Below are positions 24,011 to 36,470 of a stretch of 64,000 nucleotides of DNA, in pieces. This stretch comes from Mobula hypostoma (Eukaryota). The position numbers and the translations under genes are program-made. The DNA lies in assembly GCF_963921235.1 (NCBI RefSeq), contig NC_086109.1:28832001-28896000 (forward strand). Direction: 5' to 3'. The notes under the pieces were generated by a model that did no database searches, was not told the DNA's origin, and saw only the letters and a program-made list of their open reading frames with translations. Numbering within the stretch: position 1 is the first letter of the stretch; every line of letters starts with the position of its first letter.

Positions 24011-27000
24011 AAGGACTATGTTACGTATGATACGCTCACTCAACAATGTCGATCAACTTTCTGCTTACCCTAATTCTATGGTAATCCCATTTTATTATCA
24101 GATTCAGGTTTATTATCACTGATATATGTCATAAAATTTGTTGTTTTGTGGCAACAATACAGTGTAAGACATAAAAATTACTGTAAGTTAAATAGATAGA
24201 TAGTTAGATATCGCAAAAGAGGAATAATGGGGTAGTGTTTAGCTGTTTATGGACCATTTTGACCATTCAGAAATCTGATGGTGATTCTCCCCATATTCCC
24301 TTCCATTCTCCTCAGATTCTACCATTTACCTCCCTCTAGAGGCAAGCTGTTAAACTACCGATCCGCAGGTCCTGGAGGTGTGAGGTAAATGGGAGGAAAT
24401 CTACCCTGTCAATGAGAGAAAGTGTCAACTCCACATAGGCAGCTCCACAGATCCAGATTGAATTTAGAGGTCTGCAACAGTTACCATATACTTGTCTAAA
24501 AATTGAAGATGTGATTTTGTTGTATCTTTGTAGGTCAAACCCACTTCCAAATAGTCATAGTCATACTTTATTGATCCCGGGGGAAATTGGTTTTTCCAGC
24601 TTATCAGAAATCAGCTTATAAAAATTTAAGTTTGGAGATGGGCAAGAATCATGCATTAGGAATTAAAGAGAGCTAATTTGTTCCAGAACCTAAGCCAATA
24701 ATTTGATCTCAGAAATGTTGATCGGTGCTCTGTGGATGCCTGGTCCTACAAGCTTATGCTGCTCAGTATAAACCACAGAAATGGGCCCTTCAGCCTACGT
24801 CAATGCTGACCTTTCTAGCCATCTGCACTAATCCCATTCTCTTGCATTAGGACCGTATCCTTCTATGCCTTTTTTTCACATGTTTAGGTACCTCAAATAT
24901 AGTCATTATATCTAATTTCCCATCTCCTCTGACAGTGCATACCAGATATCAAAGATTCTGTTTGAGTGTTTTTTAAATGCCCCTCCGATCCTCCTTTAAA
25001 CTATGTCCCTTTATCATGAGGAACCACCCCATCTATATGTCTCATAACCTTATATATTTCTTTCAGGTTACTCTTCAGCTACATTTGCTCCAGAATAGAT
25101 GTTGAGAAAGAAAACCTATCATGGTCATCTTTTAACCAGCCAATAAAACTTCTGCTCAGAGTAGGCATTACATTTTACTACACTAGTGCAAGCAATCTTG
25201 TGCCTCCACTTCACAATTAAAGCATCTCTGTCCTTAATCCTACCTGATGCCAGGCTCACACAGTCAGAAGATGCTGAATGGCCCGGTTCTTCTAGTTTGA
25301 TCAAAGTCCTTCTGAGATTCCTATTCAGGATTTGCACTCCCTCTACCTCGCCCTGTAACCCATCACAGTGAACATTCATAATGAGTAACTTCTCAGAAGC
25401 ACCCTAGAACATTTGCAGCATTTTCATAGAGTGAAGTGCATTTCATGCTTGGTCCCCCAAAGACCGGGCTGCATAAGTCTCTTTAAACAATCATGGGCCT
25501 TTAAGGCTTGTGTGTCTTGTACCCTAGGACTACACCAAAATAGGAAGTTTGCCACGTTATTTGGAGACCCAATCAGAAATTCAGACACAGAGACCTCGGG
25601 TGTGCAGTGTCCACACAAAGCAACATGAGCGCAAGGAAATTGACCCAATCCTGTTCACTGGAATAACATCTCACATTATCTATTTTTGGAGGACGTGTAG
25701 GCAATTTATCTTACAGCTCAGAGTACAAATATTTTGATATTTCATATTCATAGCTGTAAAATAGCCCAGGAACAAAACTGTTTGAAAAAAATAGTTTCAA
25801 AATCATACTCTGACGTGTGCTCAATTTAGGTTACTGGTTTATTGGCTTACAGCCATGGAAAGTACTTAATTATAAGCACTAATTAAAAGATTCATTTACC
25901 CTTTCCCTTTTTGTTGCTTGTTCCAGTTAATGCTGCTCCTGTGAACCAGATGGTGATCCTCCGGTGAAGATTATTAGAGTCCAGTAGATAGAAATTTTCT
26001 GCGACCTGTTCAGTAGGTGCCAACTAAGCAGCCTTTATCATATATTAAGACAGTGTACCTCTGAACACTTCTGATAACTGCCACAAAACATTAAATGCAT
26101 GGAGCACTTTGAATGTCAATTTTTCTTAATGATATTCCATATTCATTAATTAAATAGCTAAAGGCCTGAATTTATTAGAATGCAACATGCTTTAGTTCAG
26201 CATTTTATTTCCATCTAGTCTGCATATATTTTAGCCTACGCACTATATAACAATATGATAGCGCCTGTCCACATGTTACATTATTGTTAGACACCGAACA
26301 ATATTTGATAGTACAAATAAATGCTGTATAACTCAGAAATGCAATTTGTCAAAATTTGTAAAATTTCTCAAAAATATTGTTTTAGAACTTATATACTTCC
26401 TATACACATTTTTGTCACTTTCTCAGCGCGCAAAAGGTTAAACTTAAAAGCTGGTTTTAAGATCTAAAGTGCAGAAATTATACTGCATTTTTTATATAAT
26501 TCATTAACTCATACAACGGGTCATTCAGAATAAAGTAATTATTCAACCATTGTTATTTAAACCTCAGCATGAATACTAAAGTGCTGAAGACAAAATTAAT
26601 TTCATAACTTTGCATGGTCAATATCCAAGTTATTATCCTTTATACATACACATATAATGAGCAAAGCATTGCACAAAGGCAGAAACAAAAAAAAACACGC
26701 AAGCAGCCATCTCTTAGTGAATTGAAAAAAGCTTACATACAGGCTAACAGTTTTTAAGGAGAATGTAAGACATGCTGCCTATCTGAGCAGAAAAATAGCA
26801 AGTATGAAAAATTAACAAAGCTATTTTTACACCCAAAGTGCAAAAAACAACATGTACATTTGAAGGACGCCAAGGAATCAAACAGCAGTGAAATCTATTG
26901 GTGGAACATGAAAGCAGCTCTGTTTACATTGTTATATTTTAAGAATGTAAAGGTGTTTTCCATCTTTCACCTGGAAACTGTGATAATGTTTTCCTGGTAG

Positions 27001-27419
27001 TTGTAGATTGCAATAGCAGCAGTTTCAAAATGTCTCATTGATAATTATATTTCTTAGACCTCTGTCTCGGCAATATTAGTAATCTGCCCCAGGACAGATG
27101 GCTGGACCGCAGTAGTACTCTGGAAGTCTCTGTGAACACCGACATCCAAAAATTTGAGGACCACAGTCTACATTTACCTGTGCTTTTACTGCAGCTGCAG
27201 AGGTTGTGTCTATTCTGCCTCTGATCTAGTGGAAACTGAGGACATAAACTGACGGATTCCTCCTGATGGTTGAGTCCACAAGTTTCAGAATGAGATGGAC
27301 ATGTTGGAGAGAGTGGGCTCTAGACTCTAGACAAAGCTTTCAACATGTCTGCCATTAGGGCTCTTGCATGTCTTTGTGATGTCGCGTGGAAGCTTCCAAC
27401 ATGGTTACCAATGAGATTC

Positions 27420-27812
27420 TATTTCAAGTTCAGTTTCGAATTTATGCTCATATGACTGTACATATATACAACCAAACGAAACAATGTTCCTCTGGACCAC
27501 GGTACAACCAAAATACACAAATCACACACAGCACATAAAACAATATATCACCACAAATAAGTTAATAAAATGCAATTCAAAATGAATGTGAACAGCACAA
27601 TGGAGGTAAAGAGTAAACAGTATACTGCTCATTGTTCTCGTGATGAGAACTCAGTGGTGGTAGGGCCATTAGTCTCACAGCCTGGGAGAAGAAGCTGTTA
27701 ACTAGTCTGACAGTCCTATCCTGATGCTCCTGCCCCTCCTTCCTGATGGCAATGGGTCAATGAGATTGTGAGATGGGTGGTAGGAATCCTTAACAATGCT
27801 TCAGGCCCTCCA
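27420..27812 (-). mobile_element. Rex1/Babar LINE 3' fragment
   Basis: Same 3' end family as 34310-34780 (ttcctgatggc...gatgggtggtaggaatccttaacaatgc). Confidence 0.65.
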
Positions 27813-27814
27813 CG

Positions 27815-30608
27815 AAACATCATCATGGCTTGGCTTTGCGAACGATAATTTAGGAAGAGGGCTGCCCACGTCTGCTGCAGGCTCGCTAGTGGCTGACGAG
27901 GCCAATACGGGACAGGCAGGTCCGACCACAGAGGCTACAAGGGAAATTCTGTTCTGGGTTTGGTACTGCTGTGTCACGGTTCTTCCTCCTTCTCCTCTTG
28001 TCCTCAATGCCAGCCCTGCATGTGCTCTCAAAAGAGGAGACAGACTGGTGAATGGTGTGTCGCCAGGCCTCGTGATCGGAGGCTAGATTAGACCACAGGC
28101 GATGGTCAATGTGACAAGCACCAACAAATTTCTTCAGAGAGTCCTTGTACCTCTTCTTCGGTGCCCCTCTGTCACGCTGGCCAATGGAGAGTTCGCCATA
28201 CAGCACAATCTTGGGCAGGCAATGGTCCTCCATCCTGAAGACATGCCTTGCCCAGCACAGCTGCGTCTTCAACAACATGGCCTCAATGCTGGTGACCTCC
28301 GCCTGTTCGAGGACTCCGATGTTGGTGACGAAGTCACTCCAGTGGATGTTGAGGATGGTGCAGAGGCAACGCTGGTGGAAACACTCAAGGAGTCGTCGGT
28401 GGTGACAGTAGGTGACCCACAACTCAGAGCCATACAGGAGGGTGGTCAGTACAATGGTTCTGTACATGCTGATCTCTGTGCCTTTCTTCAAATGCTTGTT
28501 GTTCCAGACTCTTTTGTACAACCTGCCGAACGTACTGTATGCCTCTGCCAGTCTGTTGTCAATCTCTTTTTCGATCTTGGCATCTGACAAGATGGTGCAT
28601 CCCAGGAGGCTGAACTGGTGGACTGTCTTCAGCTCTACCTCACTGATAGTGATGCGGGGAGGGTGGTAATCTTCCTGAGGTATGGGCTGATGGAGAACTT
28701 CTTTCTTCTTCAAGCTGACTTCCAGTCCAAAGAGCTTGGCAGCCTCTGCGAAGCTGGATGTTATACGCTGCAGGGCAGTCTCTGTGTGGGCAACAAGGGC
28801 AGCATCATCGGCGAAGAGCAGCTCTCAGATGAGTTGCTCCAGTGTCTTGGTGTGGCACTGTAGTTGCCTCAGGTTGAACAGGCTGCCATCCATGCACTAT
28901 TGGATGTAGACACCGTCCTTGTCATCAGGGTCTTCTGTGGCCCTTTCGAGCGAGATGGTGAAGTGCGTTGGCGTGAGGACGCAGCCTTGCTTTACACCGT
29001 TGCCTATTAGGAAGGGTTCTGAGAGGTCGTTGTTGTGTTTGACTTGGCCACTCTGATCTTCATGTAGCTGGATGATCATGCTGAGGAACTTTGGGGGGCA
29101 TCCCAGTCGTTCCATGATTTGCCACAGACTTTCTCTGCTCACGGTGTTGAATGCTTTGATAAGGTTGATGAACGTCACGTACAATCCCTTGTTCTGTTCC
29201 CCACATTTCTCTTGGAGCTGCGTGAGAACAAATACATGTTGGTGGTGCTCCTGTTGGCTCTGAGGCCACACTGGCTCTCTGGGAGGTGTTCTTCTGCAAT
29301 GATGGGCACCAATCTGTTCAGGAGTACTCTTGCGAGGATTTTTCCTGCGATAGAGAGAAGGGTTATCCCCTGGTAGTTGGAGCAGTCGGGCTTTTCCCCC
29401 TTGTTCTCATACAGGGCGATGATGACTGCATCACCGAGGTGCTGTGGTAGTTTACTTTGTTCCCAGCAGCAGACAAAGAGCTCGTGGAGTTTGGTGTGTA
29501 ACGTTGGGCCCCCATGCTTCCAAATCTCAGCTGGGATTCCATCAACTCCTGCTACCTTGCCACTTTTCAGCTGCTCTACGGCCTTGACTGTCTCTTATAG
29601 GGTTGAAATCTTGTCCAGTTCTGTTTTCTTTGGCTGTTGTGGGATGCGATGAATTGCTGAGTCTTGGACCATGCGGTTGGCACTGAAGAGAGTCTGGAAA
29701 TGTTCCAACCACTGGTTCAGGATGGACGCCTTGTCTGTGAAGAGCGCCTGACTGTCTGCACTGCGCAAGGGACTCAGGACTTGGTGCGAAGGGCCGTACA
29801 CCGCTCTCAGGGATTCATAAAACCCTCTGTACTCACCAGTGTCTGCACAAAGCTGAGTTCTCGTTGCGAGGTTGGTCCACTACACGTTCTGAATCTCTTG
29901 AAACTTGCGCTGGAGGTTGCTGCGTACAAGGTGGAAGGCTGCTTTCTTATCAGGACAAGACAGCTGAGCAAGGTGCATCTGGTGGGTGGATCTCTTCTTC
30001 CCCAGCAATTCTTGAATCTCCTGGTTGTTTTCATTGTACCAGTCCTTGTTCTTCTTTGTGGAAAACCCTAGGACTTCTTCAGAGGTTTGCAAGATGGTGG
30101 TTTTTAGGTGTTCCCAAAGCACTGCTGGAGAGGAGTCTGTAGAGAAACTGGGATCCTGAAGCCTCGACTGAAGATTCGCCTGAAAGTCAGCTTTCATTTC
30201 AGCTGACTGGAGGTTGCCAACCCGAAACTTCTTCCTTGGAGTGCCTCCTCTCTTTGGCTTGGGTTTGAAATGGAGACTGAGCTTACAGCGGACAAGATGA
30301 TGGTCCATATGACACTCTACGCTGGGCATCACTCGGGTGAGTAAGATGTCCCGAGGATGCATCCAGGTTGTCTTCAGACTGTCTTTCTGCTGGAAAATGG
30401 TGTTAGTGATGGTGAGTTGCTGCTCCGCGCAAAACTCTAACAGAAGGCGCCCGTTGTCATTGCATTTTCCAACACCATGTTTGCCAAGTACTCCTCCTTT
30501 CCAGGCTTCTGAATCTTGGTCTACTCTGACATTGAAGTCGCCAAGGATGAAGACCTTGACGTCTGCAGGGGCGTTCCGTACTAGGTTGCACAGATCGGTG
30601 TAAAACGC
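27815..30608 (-). mobile_element. RTE-clade LINE, 5'-truncated, frameshifted
   Basis: Endonuclease end (LGDFNV, CHMDHHLV), RT (TFINLIKAFNTVSRESLW, GVKQGCVLTP, LFADDAAL), C-terminal LLYGSE.W, WARHVFRM, and CSLCGRTCLSRIGLVSH zinc finger. (TGA)n-like tail at 27815. Confidence 0.93.
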
Positions 30609-30659
30609 TCATGGTAAATGTCACAAATGTGGGTGGGGAGAACTCTTGGTGACATTTAC

Positions 30660-32830
30660 CATCCTTGGCATCAAGGGCATTACTAAGTACGCAAGCAAAA
30701 CTAGCATCGACTATATCAGTGATGTCTCCCTGCCTGATGTTCTACACAACTTTTATGCCCATTTTGAGGCATGCAGCACAATGCCTGCCAGGTGAGCAGC
30801 CACAGTCTGTAGCAGCAGCAGATGCGAGAAGGATTATGCAGAGAGTCAACACCAATAAGGTGGCCAGGCCAGATGACGTCCCAGGCCAAGTACTCAGGGA
30901 GTGTACACACCAGCTCACTGCTGTTCTTTATGGATATCTTCAACACTTCACTCATCTCCACATCAGCCACCATCATCTCTGTACCAAAGAACTCTACACC
31001 TCAGAGATAAGTGACTACCATCCAGTGGCACTTAGTCCAATTACCATGAAGTTCTTTGAATGGCTAATAATGTCACATATCAAAAAACTCCATTCCTGCC
31101 ACACTGGACACTCACTAATAGGGAGGAGAAGATGGCGGCGCAACGGCAGCGCGCGCAGCCTCTCCGGTGAATGATATCTGTAATCGGTCAAGTAGGGGAC
31201 CGTGCACAATGCTGATTTGATGGAGACGGACATGAGAGTACAATGGAACATCTGAAGAAACTTCTGAAATGCCCACTTCGCTGCCGCTGCTACTATGTGG
31301 TAACTGGAAGCTCCAGAGCAGAAGGCCCCAAATCCTCAGCTTTGCTTGTTTCAGTGGCCGGGACGAGGTCAAAGGTGCTCGGGAGGCAGTATCGGAGGGG
31401 CTGGTCGGAGGCTTGAAGTTTTTGGATGGACGGACTCAGTGTCGGCTGTGGTCGGCTGCTTCTAAGGCATCAGCAAGTTGACGGTTCCTGGAGGTTTATG
31501 GCAGGGAGTTTCTCCCTTTTGCCACCTGCTATCGGGGACTCAGGAGCCGATCAATTCGGGGATTTTGAGACTTCTTTTTACTGTGCCCATGGTTTGTTCT
31601 TTATCAAATTATGGTATTGCTTTGCACTGCTGTAACTATATGTTATAATTATGTGGTTCTGTCAGTGTTAGTCTTTGGTTTGTCCTGTTTTCTGTGATAT
31701 CACTCTGGAGAAACATTGTATCATTTCTTAATGCATGTATGCATTTCTAAATGACAATAAAAGAGGACTGAGTGTTCTCTCATAATCTAATATGTTTACT
31801 GACAGAACTGCTCTACGACAGATGCCATAGTGTAGTTCTGTCAGTAAGCTTAGCATCTCTCATGCACACGGTCCTAAAACACCTCAAAAACAAGGAGACT
31901 TTATGTCACAATGCTGATTCTATATTTCAGTTTGACATTCAATGCTTTTGCCCCACAGATCCTGGTGAACAAACCCCTACTCCTCGGTTTAATTACATCA
32001 TTGTTCAGCTGGATGTTGGACTTCCTAACCAACGGACCTCAGATAGTCAGACTGCACAACCGCTCCTCTCTCTGCATCATCCGCAACATGGGCAGCCCCC
32101 CCCCCCCACCCCCAGGACTGTGAGCTGAGCCTACTGCTGTACATTCTGCTCACATATGACTGTATAGCCAAAAACCTGATAAATCACATTGTCAAGTTCA
32201 CTGATAGTGGTTGGGCTCATCAGCAACAACGATGATGTGGCCTGCAGAGAGGGAGTGGAAGAGCTCGATGCCTGGTGCCAGGCAAATAACCTCTTCCTCA
32301 AGGTCAATAAAACAAAGGAAATGGTTACCAACTTCAGGAGAATTCATACCACCTACATCCCTTTTTACATTGGTGGCACAGCAGTGGAAACTGCCAACAG
32401 TTTCAAGCTCCTGGGAGTGCACATTTTGCACAAACTCTCATGGTCCCAAAACACACCTAGCACAATCAGGAAAGCTAACCAATGCCTCTGCTTTCTGAGG
32501 AGACTGAAGGGAGCTGGACTATGCACATGCATACTCACATCCTCCTAAGGATGCGCAGTACAGAGCATCTTAACATGCTGCATCACTGCATGGTATGGAA
32601 ACTGCACTGTGGTGAACAGGAAGGCTCTGCAAAGGTCAGTCAAAACTCCAGCAGCACCAGCTGGAATTGGGCCGGTAACATAATGAAGGGTCCCACCCAC
32701 CCTGCTCATAGACTACTTGTCCCACTCCCGTGAGGGAGGAGGCTACATAGTATCCATGCCAGGACCACTAGACTCAAAATCAGTCACTATCCCCAAGCAG
32801 TAAGGCTCCTTATGTGCAGACACTCCTGTG
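30660..32830 (+). mobile_element. Old Rex1/Babar LINE, degenerate, with insertion at 31121-31786
   Basis: ORFs 30665..31174 (VARPDDVPGQVLREC, DYHPVALSPITMK), 31911..32123 and 32189..32548 (WCQANNLFLKVNKTKEM, FKLLGVHI). Confidence 0.85.
31121..31786 (+). mobile_element. Non-coding, non-autonomous retroposon with YY1-like head
   Basis: Splits the Rex motif LDTH.Y/VY. 6-bp TSD ctaata at 31115-31120 and 31787-31792. Begins gggaggagAAGATGGCGGCG and ends in a T-rich 3' region with AATAAA. Confidence 0.75.
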
Positions 32831-32874
32831 TCTAGCGTCACTGTGCTACATCAGAGACAGAGTAACAATTAATT

Positions 32875-33161
32875 AAGGCCTCCCATCCCATGATCCTCTC
32901 ATATCCCTTTTGCCAATCAACTTTCCAGCTCTTTGCTCCATCCCTCCCCTCCTGTCTTCTCCTATCATTTTGGATCTCCTCCCCCCCCCCACTTTCAAAT
33001 CTCTTACTATCTCTTCTTTCAGTCAGTCCTGACGAAGGGTCTCGACCCGAAACATCGACTGTACCTCTTCCTATAGATGCTGCCTGGCCTGCTGCGTTCA
33101 CCAGCATTTTTTATGTGTGTTGCTTGAAATTCCAGCATCTGCAGATTTCCTCGTGTTTGCG
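32875..33161 (+). mobile_element. Penelope-like terminal repeat fragment (same family as 2515-3775)
   Basis: Near-identical reverse complement of 2515-2795. Flanking direct repeat aacaattaatt / aacaattagtt. Confidence 0.9.
33024..33061 (+). ncRNA. Minimal type I hammerhead ribozyme
   Basis: CAGTC-CTGACGA-A-GGGT-CTCG-ACCC-GAAA-C-ATC-GACTG: perfect 5-bp stem I, 4-bp stem II, intact core, AUC triplet. Confidence 0.8.
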
Positions 33162-34039
33162 AACAATTAGTTCACCCTCCTTTACACTTGTGTATTGAAA
33201 ATGACATGGAAAAATCTTGAATCTTGAATTTGTAGAGTCTTGCGGTCAGATACCTTGCAGCTTCAGTACCACACAATGACGCTGGCAGGCAGTACACTTA
33301 CAATGGTACTCCTGATGGAAGTTGTTAGATTGGGGCAGGGAGCCTTGCACACGTCAGTGTAGACGATGTTGTGCTTTGTTGACTAATCAGGAGGTGTTTA
33401 CTTATTGTGGAACTTTGTGCTCTTCATTCTTTCCACGGCAGAGCAGTTGATGTGCAATGGAGAGTGGTTGGCCCGCACCTTCCTGAAGTCCACAATCTCA
33501 CGTAAGCCCTCTGGAGCACATTTCAAAACCTTGCCTGAAGGATGTGTGTATGTAGACTAGCCCATGTCCAAATCTCCATGTCCTCCCCTTTGTTTGGAGG
33601 GAACTTTGTCATCAAAGCAATACATTGTCAGCCTGATGTCTTTCTTTAAGTACAGTGAGCTATGTAACTGTGATTGGAGAACCGGGAGCAAATGCTTTGC
33701 ACGGCAGCACTTGGGAAAACTAATATCATGCCATTTTTCAGCATCTTCTCATTCAGACTGAGTTTACTGAGAATCAGTCAACACTCGTGACAGCCATAAT
33801 GCTGCTACTCCTTTGAAAGGTAGATTCTGTTGGTAAGTAGTTCAGGTTAGCTTTCAGCAGGGGTAGCTATTCACATAACCGGCCCTGAGGAATCAGTGAA
33901 CAGCACAGTTAATGCTCGCTACATGTAGGTGAGCAACTAATGCACTTTTAAAAAATCAGAAGCAAAAATTGCAGGTTAATTTGCATATCACATACCCTTT
34001 ATGAGTTAAAAAAAATCCTTAAAGAGGTTGAATAATATT

Positions 34040-34262
34040 TGTTTTATTATTATCGAGGGACACAGGTAATAGGCTATTCAGCCCAACAAGCCCGTACTGC
34101 CAAATTACACCATGTGACTAATTAATCTATTAACCCGTATTTCTTTGGAATGTGGGAGGAAACCTGAGCGGCAGGAGGAAATCCATATGACAACAGGGAA
34201 GTTGTACAAACTTCCCTGGTTCTGTAGCAGTGTTACAGTAATCACTACGCTATCGTGCTGCC
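34040..34262 (-). mobile_element. V-SINE (HE1-like), degenerate copy
   Basis: ctttggaatgtgggaggaaacctgag..gaggaaatccat, homologous to 4822-5122. Confidence 0.7.
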
Positions 34263-34304
34263 CACAGTGAGATTCAATATCATTTTGAATACAATCACAA
34301 AATC

Positions 34305-36470
34305 AAATTCAAGTTCAATTTATTGTCATTCTGTTGTACACATGCATACCGTTAAGTGAAACACGTTCCTCTGGATCAAGGTGCTCAACACAGTCTAAAT
34401 AACTCACACACATAACACATACAGTAATATCATCACAAATAAATTAACAAATAATAAGGTGCATGTATGATTCAAGTTAAAATGTAAACAGTATCAAGCT
34501 ACTAATGCTTCATACATGATGAGATCTGTGCGGCAGCAGGCAGTTCAGTAGTCTAATGCCCTGAGGGAAGAAACGGTTTCCCATCTTAACTGTTATTGTC
34601 CTAAGGCTATGGTATTTTCTGGCTGATGGTGGGGGGGGCAAGTGATTGCTAGATGGGTGGGAGGGATCATCGACAATGCTAAGGACCCTACGTACATAGT
34701 TCTCCTGATAAACATCTCTGATGGTTGGAAGATGATCCTCTCAGCAGTCTTTGGAATTCATTGTAGGGACTTGTGGTCAGACACAATAGACAATAGGTGC
34801 AGGAGTAGGCCATTTGGCCCTTCGAGCCACCACCGCCATTCACTGTGATCATGTCTGATCACCCACAATCAGTATCCAGCTCCTGCCTTATTCCCATAAC
34901 CTTTGATCCTGCTTTCTTTAAGAGCTCTATCCACCTCTTTCTTGAAAGCATCCAGAGACTTGGCCTCCACTGCCTTCTGGGGCAGAGCATTCCACATACC
35001 CACCACTCTCTGGGTGAAAAAGTTTTTCCTGAACTTCATTCTAAATGGCCTACCCCTTATTCTTAAACTGTGGCCTCTGGTTCTGGACTCACCCATCAGC
35101 GGAAGCATGCTTCCTTCCTCCAGCATGTCCAATCCCTTAATAATCTTACATGTTTCAATCAGGTCCCCTCTCATCCTTCTAAATTCCAGTGTATACAAGC
35201 CCAGTCGCTCCAATCTTTCAACATATGACAGTCCCGCCATCCCAGGAATTAACCTTGTGAACTTACGCTGTACTCCCTCAATAGCAAGAATGTCTTTCCT
35301 CAAATTTGGAGACCAAAACTGCACACAGTACTCCAGGTGTGGTCTCACCAGGGCCCTGCACAGCTGCAGAAGGACCTCTTTGCTCCTATACTCAATTCCC
35401 CTTGTTATGAAGGCCAGCATGCCATTAGCTTTCTTCACTGCCTACTGTACCTGCATGCTTGCTTTCAGTGACTGATGTACAAGAACACCTAGATCTTGTT
35501 GTGCTTCCCCTTTTCCTAACTTGACTCCATTTAGATAATAATCTACCTTCCTGTTCTTACCACCAAAGTGGATAACCTCACACTTATCCACATTAAACTG
35601 CATCTGCCATGCATCCGCCCACTCACCCAGCCTGTCCAAGTCACCCTGAATTCTTATAACACCCTCCTCACATTTCACACTGCCACCCAGTTTTGTGTCA
35701 TCGGCAAATTTGCTAATGTTACTTTTAATTCCCTCATCTAAATCATTAATATATATTGTAATCAGCTGTGGTCCCAGCACTGAACCCGGCGGTACCCCAC
35801 TGGTCACCGCCTGCCATTCCAAAAGGGACCTGTTAATCGCTACCCTTTGCTTCCTGTCAGCCAGCCGATTTTCAGTCCATGTCAGTACTCTGCCCCCAAT
35901 ACCATGTGCCCTAATTTTGCCCACTAATCTCCTATGTGCGACTTTATCAAAGAATTTCTGAAAGTCCAGGTACACTACATCCACTGGCTCTCCCTTGTCC
36001 ATTTTCAAAGTAACATCCTCAAAAAATTCCAGAAGATTAGTCAAGCACGATTTCCCCTTCGTAATTCCATGCTGACTCGGAGCTATCCTGTTACTGCTAG
36101 CCAAATGTGTCGTAATTTCATCTTTTATAATTGACCAGCATCTTTCCCACCACTGCTGTCAGGCTAACTGGTCTATAATTCCCTGTTTTCTCTCTCCCTC
36201 CTTTCTTGAAAAGTGGTACCTTGCAGTTCCCATACCAAATGGATGACACAGCTGGTCAGGACATTCTCAATGGTACTCCTGTGAAAATTAGTTAAATTAG
36301 GCGGGGGGGGGTGGATGCTTCACTTAGCTCAATATCCTCAGGAATCGGAGACGCTGCTGTACTTTTTTGACTAAAGAGGTGGTGTTGAGGGACCAAGTGA
36401 GATCATTCATTATGTGCAGTCCTAGAAACCTGGTGCTTCTAAATCTCTCCGCAAAGGAGCCATGTTCTTT
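34305..36470 (-). mobile_element. Old Rex1/Babar LINE 3' part, split by a CR1 insertion
   Basis: The flanks ttgtggtcaga | taccttgcag rejoin to the uninterrupted ttgcggtcagataccttgcag seen at 33240. Confidence 0.7.
34782..36216 (-). mobile_element. Young CR1 LINE, 5'-truncated (RT and C-terminus)
   Basis: ORFs 35442..36104 and 34869..35438 are in one frame, separated by a single TAG. Motifs QHGITKGKSCLTNL, YLDFQK, FADD, RPHLEYCVQFWSP. Confidence 0.95.
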
